DNA from: Chiloscyllium plagiosum
Taxonomy: Eukaryota
NCBI RefSeq assembly: GCF_004010195.1
Contig: NC_057749.1
Location: 9,105,575 to 9,159,742, forward strand
Reading direction: 5' to 3'
Length of the DNA: 54,168 nucleotides
Below are positions 35,891 to 47,935 of this stretch, in pieces; position 1 is the stretch's first letter, and every line of letters begins with the position of its first letter. Under the pieces are notes generated by a model. That model ran no database searches. It had not been told where the DNA came from and saw nothing but the letters and a program-made list of their open reading frames with translations. Made by a program: the position numbers and the translations under genes.

Positions 35891-37322
35891 CTCCTGTTCC
35901 CTGGATGCTGCCTGACCTGCTGTGCTGTTCCAGCAATAAAGTTTCAACCGGGTTCAATTCCCGCAGTGTTCCTTTCTCAACCTCTCCCCTCGCTTGAGAT
36001 GTGACGACCCTCAGGTTAAAATAACCCCCAGTCATCTGTCTGTCTAGGGAGAGAGCTGCCCTCCGGTCCTCTGTCAACTTTACACTCATAGACCCTTGAA
36101 CCATCACAGATTTTAGTCGTATTTCGATGATCACTATAAGCACCACAGTATGCAAGACTACAAGCTAATTGCTGGACAGTGGAACGGTAGTAGATAGCTG
36201 CTGGATGACTGGCATGTACATAATGGACTGTAGGGTCTCTTCACAAAGCTGTTTGATTTTATGGCTCTAAGTAATCAAGAACAGATTACATTCACTATGG
36301 CTGTTACAATCTCACTTAGGTATCGACTTTGTGACAAACTCACGCTACAGCTGCTAAACCCTACTTATCTTTTGACCTGTTCTGGAATGGGGGCATTGCT
36401 GGCAAAGTTGGCATTTGCTGCCCATCCCCTATTGCCTTCGAACTGAATGGCTCAGTCAACCATTTCAGAGGGCAGTTGCAAGTCAACCACACGGCCCTGG
36501 CTCTGGGGTCACTTTCCCACAGTTATCAGACTGTTGAACAGACCTCTGAGATGTTAATTCTGATCTCTGACTCTCTGCGTGTTCTCTGTGGCTGTAACAC
36601 CATACTCTGCACTCTGTTCTGCCACCCTGATGCACTTTGTTTGGTATGATCTGTCTGCATGGCACACAAAACAATATTTTTCACTGTATCTCGGTGCATG
36701 TTACAACAATAAATCAATCAACGTGCAGGCCATTCTCCTACCAATGCCAGCAGCCTTGCCAGTGAAGGGCACATTATATAAACACATGTGACAGATTCTC
36801 CACCTTGGCAAATTACTTCATATTGGCGGATACAAGCTCTGTTGGGTGAATGGATCTGTCTTGACGAGGGACCTCATATTAATCAGAGCTTCCATCGGTT
36901 TGCAAACATTTCAAATGGCTGATGCCAATAGGGCTCAGGTTTTTCATTGAGGAACGTTGGAACAGCAGGAGGCCATTCAGCCACTCGCATCTCTATGGCA
37001 CGCAATGAAGTCATGGCTGACTAGGACGCTAACCACACCCCCCCATCCCCATCCAACTCCTTTGACTCAACACCTACAGATGGCTGGGTTAGCACAATTC
37101 TATTGCTTTCATGATTATGGCTATTTAATGGTGTAAAACTACCCAAGACTGATCTTTGCATCACTTCTACAAAACATGAAAAACCATCAAACATTTGGGA
37201 GGGGGGTGGGGGGAGGAAATACTGAATTGTAAAGAGGGTTGAGATTGTTGCAAATGGCCAGTTGGTCAGAGTTTGACACCTTTGCTCAGATTTGATTAAA
37301 CTCTGTGGTTTAAAGTCAGTAC

Positions 37323-37427
37323 CTGCAGGAATCGATCTTTGTCTGCTGTTGCAGCTGCTAGTTGCGTTCTCAGGTTGGCCACGGTCTCTTCCAGTCTTAC
37401 AGATTTTGAAGAGAGCACGTCCCTCTC
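37323..37427 (-). CDS. Coiled-coil gene exon: ERDVLSSKSVRLEETVANLRTQLAAATADKDRFLQ
   Basis: atctttgcag acceptor, CAG|gtactg donor, 105 nt, phase 0-0. Confidence 0.9.
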
Positions 37428-37579
37428 CTGCAAAGATGGACGAGGTGTTTTTAAAATAGGAGCCTGCCTTCCAGGACATTCCAACAAATACTTTCAAAAT
37501 TGGAAAGCCCTATCTCTGGCCCCTCCTCAGCCTTCTCTTTGCAGGACGTAGAGGGGTCAGTGTTCGACGAGGGTGTACA

Positions 37580-38040
37580 AAGTTAAAAATCACAGAACAC
37601 CAGGTTATAGTCCAACAGGTTTAGTTGGAAGCACTAGCTTTCAGAGCACTGCTTCTTCATCAGGTAGCTAGTGGGGCAGGATCATACAACACAGAATTTA
37701 TAAATACCGAAATTAATAAATACGGAAATCCCATAACTTCTTTCAAGGTTACATTCCTGAGATAACTTAAGGTTTTACAAAAAGTAGGTGACATCTCAGT
37801 TCAGACAATGTATTATTAATCAAAATCTGCAACTCCATTCTAAGTGATTAAAGACTTAACAGCAATCTAGGTTTGTTCAATACATTGCATCAGTTGTATG
37901 ACACTTTGATCTTTTACTATAAATTCTATGTTGTACGATCCTGCCCCACTAGCTACCTGATGAAGGAGCGGCGCTCTGAAAGCTCGTACTTCCAAATTAA
38001 CCTGTTGGACTACACCTGCCGTTGTGTGATTTTTAAACTT
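37580..38040. mobile_element. Second-family fold-back PLE-tail element with one hammerhead per arm
   Basis: Arms at about 37580-37700 and 37918-38040 are inverted; hammerheads at 37632-37666 (-) and 37954-37988 (+). Confidence 0.8.
37954..37988 (+). ncRNA. Minimal hammerhead motif, AGCU-palindrome type
   Basis: tac-CTGATGA-a-ggagc-ggc-gctct-GAAAG-CTC-gta. Confidence 0.7.
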
Positions 38041-38342
38041 TCTCTTTTCACAACAGCCGCTGTGCTCTGCATTGTGGGAAACGGTGAGAGTTGGAGCAGG
38101 AATTTAGAAAATGACAAGAGTCGCCCGGACTGAAGGGAGACGGACAAAGGCAGGAAATCCTTGATCCCAGATGGAAAACGTGTGTATGAGTCTTCTGCAG
38201 TGGGAGAGGACTCACGTCTTGGTGGCAATATCGCGCCCCCCCCGCCACAGGCGGATGATTTAACAACCAAGAGGAGGTGGCTTTCCTTACCTGGGTCAAC
38301 TCTGGCCACTCTGTAAGTAACATTTTGTGAGAGTGTAATTAC

Positions 38343-38468
38343 CAAACTGGCTTCACTGTACTTGAGGCGCAGCTGATTCACCTCATCATGCAGATCTGTC
38401 TGTGCTCGCAAGGAATCAGTCAGTCGCTGGTTGGCCTGATTGGTCGTCATGAGTGCCGAGTGTTGAGC
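38343..38468 (-). CDS. Coiled-coil gene exon: AQHSALMTTNQANQRLTDSLRAQTDLHDEVNQLRLKYSEASL
   Basis: ccttcattcag acceptor, TTG|gtaatt donor, 126 nt, phase 0-0. Confidence 0.88.
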
Positions 38469-39270
38469 CTGAATGAAGGAAACTGGGGATATTACTGGGA
38501 TAACTATGTTGCTTAAAAGCATTTTTACAGCTAACGTCAGTGTTAACACCCATCCGGTCCACTGAAGTCATTGAGGGAAGGAAACCTGTCACCCTTACCT
38601 GGTCTGGCCTATGCGTCTCCAGACCCACAGCAATGAGGTGCACAGGGAACTGCCCTCTGAGACAGCCGTGGGGCCACTCAGTTGGGGCAAAGCCATTAAC
38701 AGGTCTCAAAGGAGTAAAGCCAGACGGACCACCCAGCCTGGACGTAGACATTGGGAATGACAACTGCAGAGGCAGCCCTGCGGCCAATCCTGAAAAACCC
38801 TCCTTCCCAGCATCGAGACAGTTAGTGCCAAAACAGGGAGAGCTGTCTCACAGACCGGCTTGATGCGATCATACTCACAGAATCAGACAGTGTCCCAGAC
38901 TTCGCCAACACTATCTGGACAATACTGAGGTTATTAAAGACAAGTTGCAAAAGTAGCAGAGTGGAGGGGAAGATTTTTTATTTGTAAATACACAGTGAGT
39001 TGTTAGGATTCAGAGCTCACTGATTGCTAAGTCATTGGGAGCAGATTTCGTAGTAACTTTCAATAGAGAATCAGCCATACATTTGAGAAGTAGGAAGGAT
39101 AAATATTTGCAAGGGTATGAAGAAATTGGAAAGAAGCCAAAATAATTGAATGGCTCTTTCAAAGGGCTGACACAGGTGCGATGGGCTGAACTGGCTCCTT
39201 CTGTGTGCCGTACCATCCCACGAAACTCAAAAGGACCCCGAGAGCAGGCGCCTGGTAAAGGTAGACCAAC

Positions 39271-39390
39271 CTCCCGAAAGCTTCTCAAGTCTTCCCTGGC
39301 TTTATCGCACTCTTCCTCCAGGCTCCTCACCCGGTCTTGGTATACCTGGAGAATCTCCCGCACAGACTGCAGCTCCCGTAACAAGCCGTC
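39271..39390 (-). CDS. Coiled-coil gene exon: DGLLRELQSVREILQVYQDRVRSLEEECDKAREDLRSFRE
   Basis: GAG|gttggt donor; the acceptor is the first AG after a 132-nt AG-free zone; 120 nt, phase 0-0. Confidence 0.8.
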
Positions 39391-40009
39391 CTTCCCCCAG
39401 CAAGCCACCGGGTGAAGTCACCAAATCAGACAGCGAGAAAGGGGACCGGGGTGGGGGTGGAGGAGGGGGGGGGGGGCGGGGGGCGGGGGGAATAGGAGTT
39501 GAAGGAGGCACAAAACGAAAAAGGCTAGTGAGCTTTATCAGATATTCAGATGCAGGAGATCGACGTGGAAGTGACAGAGGTGTACTTCATGAGCTACATC
39601 ACGTTTCCCAGCCTTGGCTGTAAACAGGAGCTCAACAGGTCAGTCTCTTTGTAAAGGAACAAGCTCAAACATGCCTGGCTCTGAATGAATAGGCCGGCGT
39701 GCAAAGGGAGTACACAAAGCCCCCGCCGATTGTAAGGCAAGGCAGGATTGTCTGAGTGACAATGAATGACAGGAATGCAACCTTGGAGTCACTGCAGGAA
39801 AACAGGATGTTGTTACATTTGGTTATCAAGCAGAGTCGAGCACCTTCGTTGACAATGAGCACATTTTCCCAGACTGGATTGATGCACGGTCTACCCTGCA
39901 TTAATTTCAGACATGATGGCATTCAGGGTATTGTTACTGGCTTTGGCACTCAAACTAAGGAACATAACCAAAACACTCAGATCTTTTAGAGTGTGTGTAC
40001 GGAGTGGAG

Positions 40010-40335
40010 AGAGTCATACAGCTGTACAGCAGGGAAACAGACTCTTCAGTCCAACATGCCCATGCCGATCAGATATCCTAAATTAATCTAGTCCCATTTA
40101 CCAGCATTTGGCCCATATCCCTCTTAACCTTTCCTATTCATATATCCATCCAGGTGCCTTTTAAATGTTGTAATTGTACCAGCCTCTACCACTTCCTCTG
40201 GCAGCTCATTCCATACACGTACCACCCTCTGTGTGAAAATGTTGCCCCTTAGGTCCCTTTTAAATCTTTTCCCTCTCATCTTAAACCAATGCCCTCTAGT
40301 TCTGGACACCCCCACCCCAGGGAAAAGACCTTGGA
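40010..40335 (-). mobile_element. CR1-clade LINE 3' end
   Basis: RTRGHWFKMRGKRFKRDLRGNIFTQRVVRVWNELPEEVV. Confidence 0.88.
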
Positions 40336-41315
40336 GATTCAGAACAAAAACCGAAAGAACTGCGTATGCTGTAAATACAAAACAAAGAATGGAAATTTCC
40401 AGAAAAGCTCAGCAGGTCTGACAGCATCTGTGGAGAGAAATCAGAGTTAGCATTTCAGCTCCAGGGCGGATATTCTGAGGTAGGGTGACTCAACCCGAAA
40501 CATTAACTCCGATTAGCAAACAACAATACTACAAGAAATAGGAGCAGCAGCAGGCCATTCGGCCCCTCGAAGCTGTTCTGCCATTCAGTAGCATCATGGT
40601 TGATCTGAATGATTTGGAGGAGCCAGTGTTGGACTGGGGTGTACAAAGTTAAAAATCACACAACACCAGGTTATAGTCCAACAGGTTTATTTGGAAGCAC
40701 TAGCTTTCGGAGCACTGCTCCTCCACAACCATCTGAGGAAGGTAGCCTTAACCCTACTTGCTGCCTGTCCCCTTGATTCCCTCGTAGATCAAAGATCATT
40801 CTAACTCAACCTTGAATCTATTCATTGACACAGCCTGCAGTGCTTGAGGAAGAGCATTATACAGAATAATGACCCTCTGGGAGGAGAAATTCCTCCTCAT
40901 CTCTGTCTTTAATGGGAGATCTCATTCTTTTAAACCATGCCCCCATGATAGAGAACATTCTCTCAGCATCCACCCTGTCAAATCCCCTTAAATGGTTCAA
41001 TAAGTCTGTCTCTCCTTGCTCTAACCTCCATTGGTATGCAGACCCAACCATTTTTCTTAAGATGAACCCCTTCATCCCAGGAATTAGCCCAGTGAACCTA
41101 GTCCAGTCTGCCTTCAATACAAGACATCCCTCTTTAAGTTAAGGGTCCAAAACTGGACACAGTATGGGCTGTTCATGTATAGCAAGGTCTCTGCCGGTCT
41201 CCGCAACACCCCCCTCCCCCCACTTTCTGTGCACAACATCAAACAAGGGACCTGAGCTCACCAATATTTAGAAATAAGGAAGGTTACAGGGATATGACAT
41301 CCCATTAGTGCTCAC

Positions 41316-41445
41316 CTGTTTCAGAGCTCCCTCCTCCAGTTTGGTCGAGAACAGTGGGACATGGGGAGATGAAGAGCCGTGGCTGCTGCTGAGAAGATCC
41401 AGGGACGATTTTGTTTTTGCCACTTCTGCCTCCAGATGCAAAACC
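41316..41445 (-). CDS. Coiled-coil gene exon: (K)VLHLEAEVAKTKSSLDLLSSSHGSSSPHVPLFSTKLEEGALKQ
   Basis: tgctctgcgcag acceptor, CAG|gtgagc donor, 130 nt, phase 2-0. Confidence 0.87.
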
Positions 41446-42466
41446 CTGCGCAGAGCAACAACTGGTTCATCTCTCAGAGCAACAGTACCATTCATGACTA
41501 GACATTGAATGTAGCCCTCCTTTTTTGTCCCTGACTTAGCAGGTAGCTGTCTCATTTCCAAGTCAGACACTATTGGGCTCACGTTGCTCTGCAGGGGTAT
41601 CTAACCTAGGCCAACTCTCTGCATGCAATACTGAGGGAGGGCTGGACTTTCCGAGGTGCTGCCTTTCTCATGACTTTAACTGGTTTGTCTGTTAGGTGTA
41701 AAGACTGTATGCGGATACTTTGAAGAGAAAGCAGAGGACTTATCTCCATTGTCCTAGCCAGGAATTTACCCTCTGACAGAGAAGAATGTACAATCTGCTT
41801 CTTATCACATTGTTATTGGTGGGACCCAGCTGTGTGCAAATGGACAGCTGTTGCATAAATTACAATATCATGAAGTACAGAACTCTGACATCTGTTTTAG
41901 GGCACTTCAGTTTGTCCAGAGATCAGGAAAGTCTTTACTTAAATGACTTTTCTTTCTTATAGGATATGGATAGGCTGAGAAATGGCCTGGTCGGGCTTAA
42001 TTTGGACAAGCGCAAAGTGATGTAAGGTCAAATACAGGCGGGAAGTATATAGTAAATGGCAGAAGCTTTGGTAGCATCAACATACAGAGGGATCTAGGCA
42101 AACAGGTCCACAAATCCCTGAAAACGACAACACAGTGGAAGTGATGAAAGCTGGTACAATTGCAACATTTAAGAGGCATTTGGATGGGTATATAAATAGG
42201 AAGGGTTTGGAGGGATATGGGCCGGGTGCTGGCAGGTGGGACTAGATTGGGTTGGGATATCTGGTCGGCATGGACAATTTAGACGAAGGGTCTGTTTCCA
42301 TGCTGTACATCTCTATGACTCTTTGACAAGTGGTTAAAGTGGTCATGAAGGCATATGATTTGGAGACACTGGTGTACAAAATTACAAATCACACAACACC
42401 AGGTTATAGTTCAACACGTTTATTTGGAAGCACAAGCTTTCGGAGCACTCCAACATTGTCCTGAAT

Positions 42467-42501
42467 CACCTGATGAAGGGGCAGTGCTCCGAAAGCTAGT
42501 G
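42467..42501 (+). ncRNA. Minimal hammerhead motif, AGCU-palindrome type
   Basis: cac-CTGATGA-a-ggggc-agt-gctcc-GAAAG-CTA-gtg. Confidence 0.72.
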
Positions 42502-42611
42502 CTTCCAGATAAAACTGTTGGACTATAACCTGGTGTTGTTTGATTTTTAACTATGAAGGCATATATATGGCATTGCTTGCCATCAGTGGTTGAACCACAG
42601 AGTATAAAATC

Positions 42612-42647
42612 ATTCCTGAAGAAGGGCCTGTGCCCGAAACGTCGAAT
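42612..42647 (+). ncRNA. Intact minimal hammerhead motif identical to 35855-35890
   Basis: attcCTGAAGAagggcctgtgcccGAAACGTCgaat. Confidence 0.8.
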
Positions 42648-44213
42648 CTCCTGTTCCCTGGATGCTGCCTGACCTGCTGTGCTGTTCCAGCAATAAAGTN
42701 NNNNNNNNNNNNNNNNNNNNNNNNNNNNNNNNNNNNNNNNNNNNNNNNNNNNNNNNNNNNNNNNNNNNNNNNNNNNNNNNNNNNNNNNNNNNNNNNNNNN
42801 NNNNNNNNNNNNNNNNNNNNNNNNNNNNNNNNNNNNNNNNNNNNNNNNNNNNNNNNNNNNNNNNNNNNNNNNNNNNNNNNNNNNNNNNNNNNNNNNNNNN
42901 NNNNNNNNNNNNNNNNNNNNNNNNNNNNNNNNNNNNNNNNNNNNNGCAGTGCTCCGAAAGCTAGTGCTTCCAGATAAACCTGTTGGACTATAACCTGGTG
43001 TTGTTTGATTTTTAACTATGAAGGCATATATATGGCATTGCTTGCCATCAGTGGTTGAATCACAGAGTATAAAATTGGCATGTCATGTTGCAGCTGTATA
43101 AAACTTTAATTAGTTGGGATATTGCGTTCGGTTCTGGTCACTGCACTACCAAAAGGATATGGAGTCTTCAGAGACCACACAGAAATGGTTTACTAGATGT
43201 TGCCTGGTTGGGAGGGTATTAGCAATGAGGAAAGATTGGACTAACTCGATTTGTTTTCACTTGAACGTCAATGGAAAAGCTGATAGAAATGTACAAAATT
43301 ATGAGAGACATGGACAGAATGGAGATCTTTTCCCAGGGTAGAAATTTCAGTTATTAGGGGCCATAGGGTTAAGATAAAAGGAAATGAGTTCAAAGGAGAT
43401 GTGAGAGGCAAGTTTTTCCTTTTACACAGATGGTGGTGAGTGTCTGGAACGCACTGCCAGAAGGGGTGGTAGATACAAATACAACAGCAATGTTTCAGAG
43501 GCATCTTGTCAGAAATATGAATAGGCAGGGAATAGAGGGATTTGGACCATGTAGAGTCAAAACGTTTTTAGTTTAGAACGGTGTCATGTGTTGCCCTGGT
43601 CTTGATGGGCCGAAGGATCTGTTCCTGTGCTGTACTGATTTTTTATTCTTTATTCAGATCTCTAGTCCATGATGACACTAGGGATCCATTGATAAGAACA
43701 GAGAAGATTAAAGAGAAGATTTAATGGGGGAGATTTAAATCATGAGGTGTCTTCACAGACCAAATAAGATGGAACAATTTTCACTTGGGGGTGGATTCCA
43801 GTAACTGGAAGGCACGGATTTAAATGCAACAGAGGAGATTTGAGGAGAACTTTCCTTTTAAATAAACACCACGAATTGTTAGGATCTGGACTGAGCGGTT
43901 TGAAAAGGGAGCAGAGTCAATAATGACTGGCAGAAAGGGTTTGGAAGAATGTTTGGAAAGGAAGACAGCTGCAGGGATTATTGGGGAGAGCAGAGGGAGT
44001 GGGACAAATTGGAAGACACGTTATAGAGTCAGTACAGGCAGGATGGGCCAAATGCTACATCCTAAACCATTGGAAGAGTCAAAGAGTCAAACACTGGGTG
44101 GGGCGACCTGTTTCAGAGGGGGTCCATCAATAAGCAACATGGAGACAATGAGCCAAGTGTTAACCCAATACAAACCTAACCAAAAAGCCACAAGGAACAA
44201 CAAGCCAACTTAC

Positions 44214-44311
44214 TTATCCTGCAGCACTCCACCTCTCTTTTGATCTTCAAGTCGTGACATTTCCAACATATTCTTCTCCCTTTCCAGTTGAGAAATTGAA
44301 TTTTCCAATTG
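44214..44311 (-). CDS. Coiled-coil gene exon: QLENSISQLEREKNMLEMSRLEDQKRGGVLQD
   Basis: gctaactttatttag acceptor with a branch-like CTAAC, AA|gtaagt donor, 98 nt, phase 0-2. Confidence 0.9.
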
Positions 44312-44791
44312 CTAAATAAAGTTAGCAAAAAGAGAAATAAAAAAAAACCTCTGGGTAATGGACCCTCTCTTCATTTACTTCTGAGATTCACAAGGAGATG
44401 GCTTTGAATTAAGAAAATTCATTTGGCGACAATGGGCATCGCTGGCAAGGCCAGCATTTCCTGCCTGTCCCAGTTGCACTCAGGAGCTGGTGGTGAGCTG
44501 TCTTCTAAAATTACTGTGGGCCTTGGGGATCCTCTATGTTGATGAGGAGAAATACCTTCATCCAGACTGTGGGGAGCCTGTGGAATTCTCTCCCACAGAA
44601 AGCGGTTGATGCCATAACATTGTGTGTTTTCAATGACGAGATTGAGACAAGGGGGATTTGGGGGACGGGGGGGTGGTTTAGGGTATTGAGCTCAGCCGCA
44701 ATCATAATGAATGGCAGAACAGGCTCATGCAGCTGAATGGTCTACAGTTCCTATGTTTCTATGACCCAGCAACAATAAACAAACAACATGT

Positions 44792-45106
44792 GCAGCACGG
44801 TGGCACAACAGTTAGCACTGCTGCCTCACAGTGCCAGAGACCCGGGTTCAAATCCTGCCTCGGGCAACTGTCTAGGTGGAGTTTGCACATTCTCCCCGTG
44901 TCTGTGTGGGTTTCCTCTGGGTGCTCTGGTTTCCTCCCACAGTCTAAAGATGCGCAGGTCAGGTGAATTGGCCCATGCTAAATTGCCTGTAGTGTTAGGT
45001 GAATGGGGTAAATGTTGTGGAATGGGTCTGGGTGGGTTGCTCTTCGGAGGGTTGGTGTGGACTTGTTGGGCTGAAGGGCCTGTTTCCACACTAAGTAATC
45101 TAATCT
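44792..45106 (+). mobile_element. HE1-type V-SINE
   Basis: Full head, core and tail ending aatctaatct. Confidence 0.85.
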
Positions 45107-45189
45107 AAAAAAAACTTTATTTCCAGTAAGGATAGAGTGTGAAATTGGGGGGCAGGGGCATGAACTTGCTGGTGGTGCTTTGTTTCAGA

Positions 45190-45880
45190 GTTATAGAGTC
45201 ATTCAGCACAGAAACAGACTCTTTGGTCCAACCAGTCCACCCCAAACTAAGCCAGTCCCACCTGCCTGCTCCTGGCCCATATCCCTCCAAACCTTTCCTA
45301 CTCATGGACTTATCCAAATGTCTTTCAAACATTGTAACTGTACCTGCATCCACCACTTCCTCAGGAAGTTCATTTCACACACAAACCACCCTGTGCAAAA
45401 GATTTGTCCCTCATATCTTTTTTAATTCTCTCTCCTCTCACTTTAAAATTGTTTACCCTAGTCTCAAAATGCCCCATCCTAGGGAAAAGATTAACCCTTT
45501 GTTCTTCTACATGGTGGAAGCGATGGGTTTAAGACTTAGAGTTAGCTCATCCCCACAGCTTAACTTAAATTTGAAAAAGTGTAAGCAAGGACTGTAGGGG
45601 GCACATTTTTAAGGTGAGAAGAGAGATTTTAAAAAGACATGAGGGGCAAATCTTTTTTTTTTTTACACAGAGAGTGGTTCATGTGTCAAATGAACTTCCA
45701 GAGGAAGTGGTGGGTGTGGGTTCAGTTACAACATTTAAGACATTTGGATAAGTCCACGAATAAGAAATGTTTGGAGGGACATGGGCCAGGAAAAGTGGGT
45801 GGGACTAGTTTAGTTTGGGATTATGGCCGGCATGGACTGGCTGGGAAAAACAGTTTATTTCTGTGCCGTAAGACTCAGAG
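45190..45880. mobile_element. Two oppositely oriented CR1 3' ends (45190-45490 minus, 45595-45880 plus)
   Basis: Typical CR1 tails on opposite strands. Confidence 0.78.
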
Positions 45881-45906
45881 TGAACAACAGGAGGCACCTC
45901 ACTTAC

Positions 45907-46228
45907 TTTCTGTTTGGCAGAGAGCAGCTCGATCTTGGCTTTGCTTTCCAACAGTTGACTATCGCGTTTCCTCAGCTGCTCGGATTGCCCCTCCAAACGC
46001 TGGTGTGCTTCCTTCAAGTGGTCCACCAGCTGTGCCCGCTTCTTCCCGCTGTCCAACAGGCGGGCCGCGAGGTTCACGTCAGACTGGCCCCATGCCAGCC
46101 CTGAGGGGGATGAACAGGGTGGTGCCTCTGCTTGGCAGGCATCTGGAAGGTGAGATAAAGAGTGCGTCCTCCGGGCTATCAATTGGTCGTAGGCCCCAAG
46201 GTCCTCTTCACCATTGGTGAGAGGAGAG
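45907..46228 (-). CDS. Coiled-coil gene exon: SPLTNGEEDLGAYDQLIARR...LDSGKKRAQLVDHLKEAHQRLEGQSEQLRKRDSQLLESKAKIELLSAKQK
   Basis: tttctctgctag acceptor, AAA|gtaagt donor, 322 nt, phase 2-0. Confidence 0.88.
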
Positions 46229-47409
46229 CTAGCAGAGAAATGAGAAATGCACTGTATTGAATTGAATGATTTATTGTCACATACAGTGAGAAAACAGTAA
46301 AATGCAGTGAAAATCTGTTCTAGGGTCATCACAATCCAATGCTATTTCGAATAAATTAAGAATAAGGGGGGTGGGAAATAGAAAGGTAGAGGTTAAAGCG
46401 GGTTTGTCAGTCCTGAGACAGCTCTTCATCAACGTCGCCTGCATTGCTATTCCTCCTGCATCACCTCGGCGCTGTCTAAACTGGACCCAACCAACCAGGA
46501 GGCTGTCGGCACCACCATTCACCACCAGCCTTACCTCGACAATATCACCTCCGCCAATGTGGCAGCCACCAATTCCAATGCCAGGTCCCGTGCTTGTCCC
46601 ACAAAATAAGTAAGGGCTCACTTGAGGCACGCCGCGCAAAAACAAGAAAAGAAGAGAAAAGGAAAAGGAAAGCAGCCAGAGTGGGCGAGTTCTGGCTCAA
46701 GTGCCCTACTCTGCTGCCATCATGCAGTGCCACCAGGTGATGACAGGGAATTGTCTCACTGTAACAGCCTCAAATGATGGCTTCCTGCTCGAAACAATGC
46801 ACTGATATGGTACATTGCACTGCGATCAGAGATCCCAAAGTCCTTTGCAACCAATTAAGTACTTCTCAAGTGTAGTCCTGTTCAAGTCCAACGCAACCTC
46901 CTTAGTCTCATTTTCAACACCCCTATTGATAAAATCAAATATATTTTTTAGATTAGACTCCCTACAGTACAGAAACAGGCCCTATGGCCCAACAGGTCCG
47001 CACCGAACCTCCAAAGAGTATTAACGGTTGCCTCACCCTGGGCTGCAACCATCAATGACACCCAGGTCTCTCTGCTCCTTGATTCCAATTACGATCATAC
47101 CCTTTATTTTATCTCTCCACTTTCCTCCGATCAAAATGAACTTCAACTTACACCCATTCCACCAAACTCCTTTCAGAGCTCTATACTGTCCTCCTCACAG
47201 GCCACAATACTTCCAGGTTCTGCATCCTCCACAAATATTGGAGCTGTGTCCTTCACACCAACGTCTAAATCTTTAATACAGATCAGGAAAAGCAAGTGTT
47301 TCAGCGCTGATTTCTTGAGAAAGTGAGGACTGCAGATGCTAGAGATCAGAGCTTAAAAATGTGTTGCTGGAAAAGCGCAGCAGGTCAGGCAGCATCAAAG
47401 GAGCAGGAG

Positions 47410-47445
47410 AATCGACGTTTCGGGCACAAGCCCTTCTTCAGGAAT
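47410..47445 (-). ncRNA. Minimal hammerhead motif in a PLE-tail copy (about 47318-47505)
   Basis: Minus strand: attc-CTGAAGA-a-gggc-ttgt-gccc-GAAAC-GTC-gatt. Confidence 0.75.
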
Positions 47446-47774
47446 GAGGAGGGTGTGCCAAGCAGGCTAAGCTAAAAGGTAGGGAGGAGGGACTTGGGGA
47501 AGGGGACACCACTTGAGAACTCCATTAGAAAACCTCCTTCTAGCCCCAGAAAAATCCACAAAGCACTAATCGCCATTTCCTCTCACTTAGCGAATTTCCC
47601 ACCCATGTTGCTGCCCCTTTAATTCCATGAGTGATAACTTTGGTCAGAAGTCTTTTGTGCAGTAGTGCATCAAGTGGCCAGTCACATTACTGCAAAGCCA
47701 CTGACTTGGCGCAATCTGCCTTTATAATGGAACCTTTCAGCCCACGATCGAGATGCTTGCTTTGATAACCTATA

Positions 47775-47935
47775 CAGGGGAACCTCGATTATCCGAGTGA
47801 CACAGGTGGGAGTATTTTGCTCGGATAATCGAATATTTGGATCATCAAATGCCGAATAACACAGTTTAGCCAAGCATTGGGCACTTTGCGATCTTGGCCG
47901 GATAATCCAAAGTTCGGATAATCGAGGTTCCTCTG
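47775..47935. mobile_element. Tigger/pogo-type MITE, 161 bp
   Basis: 22-bp TIRs CAG(G/A)GGAACCTCGATTATCCGA with one mismatch, flanked by a TA TSD. Confidence 0.88.

Larger units (their letters stand above)
41960..43640 (+). mobile_element. CR1-clade LINE fragment with nested CR1 tail, PLE-tail insertions and an assembly gap (42700-42945)
   Basis: CR1 ORF2 pieces on both sides (GYCVRFWSLHYQKDM); fold-back insert at 42357-42552 with TSD ATGAAGGCATAT. Confidence 0.8.

Noticed and set aside
38285..38296. Strong CAG|gtaagg donor downstream of exon 38343-38468
   Set aside because: It gives phase 1, incompatible with the next exon, and resembles a repeat motif (ccaggtaagga) seen elsewhere in the window.
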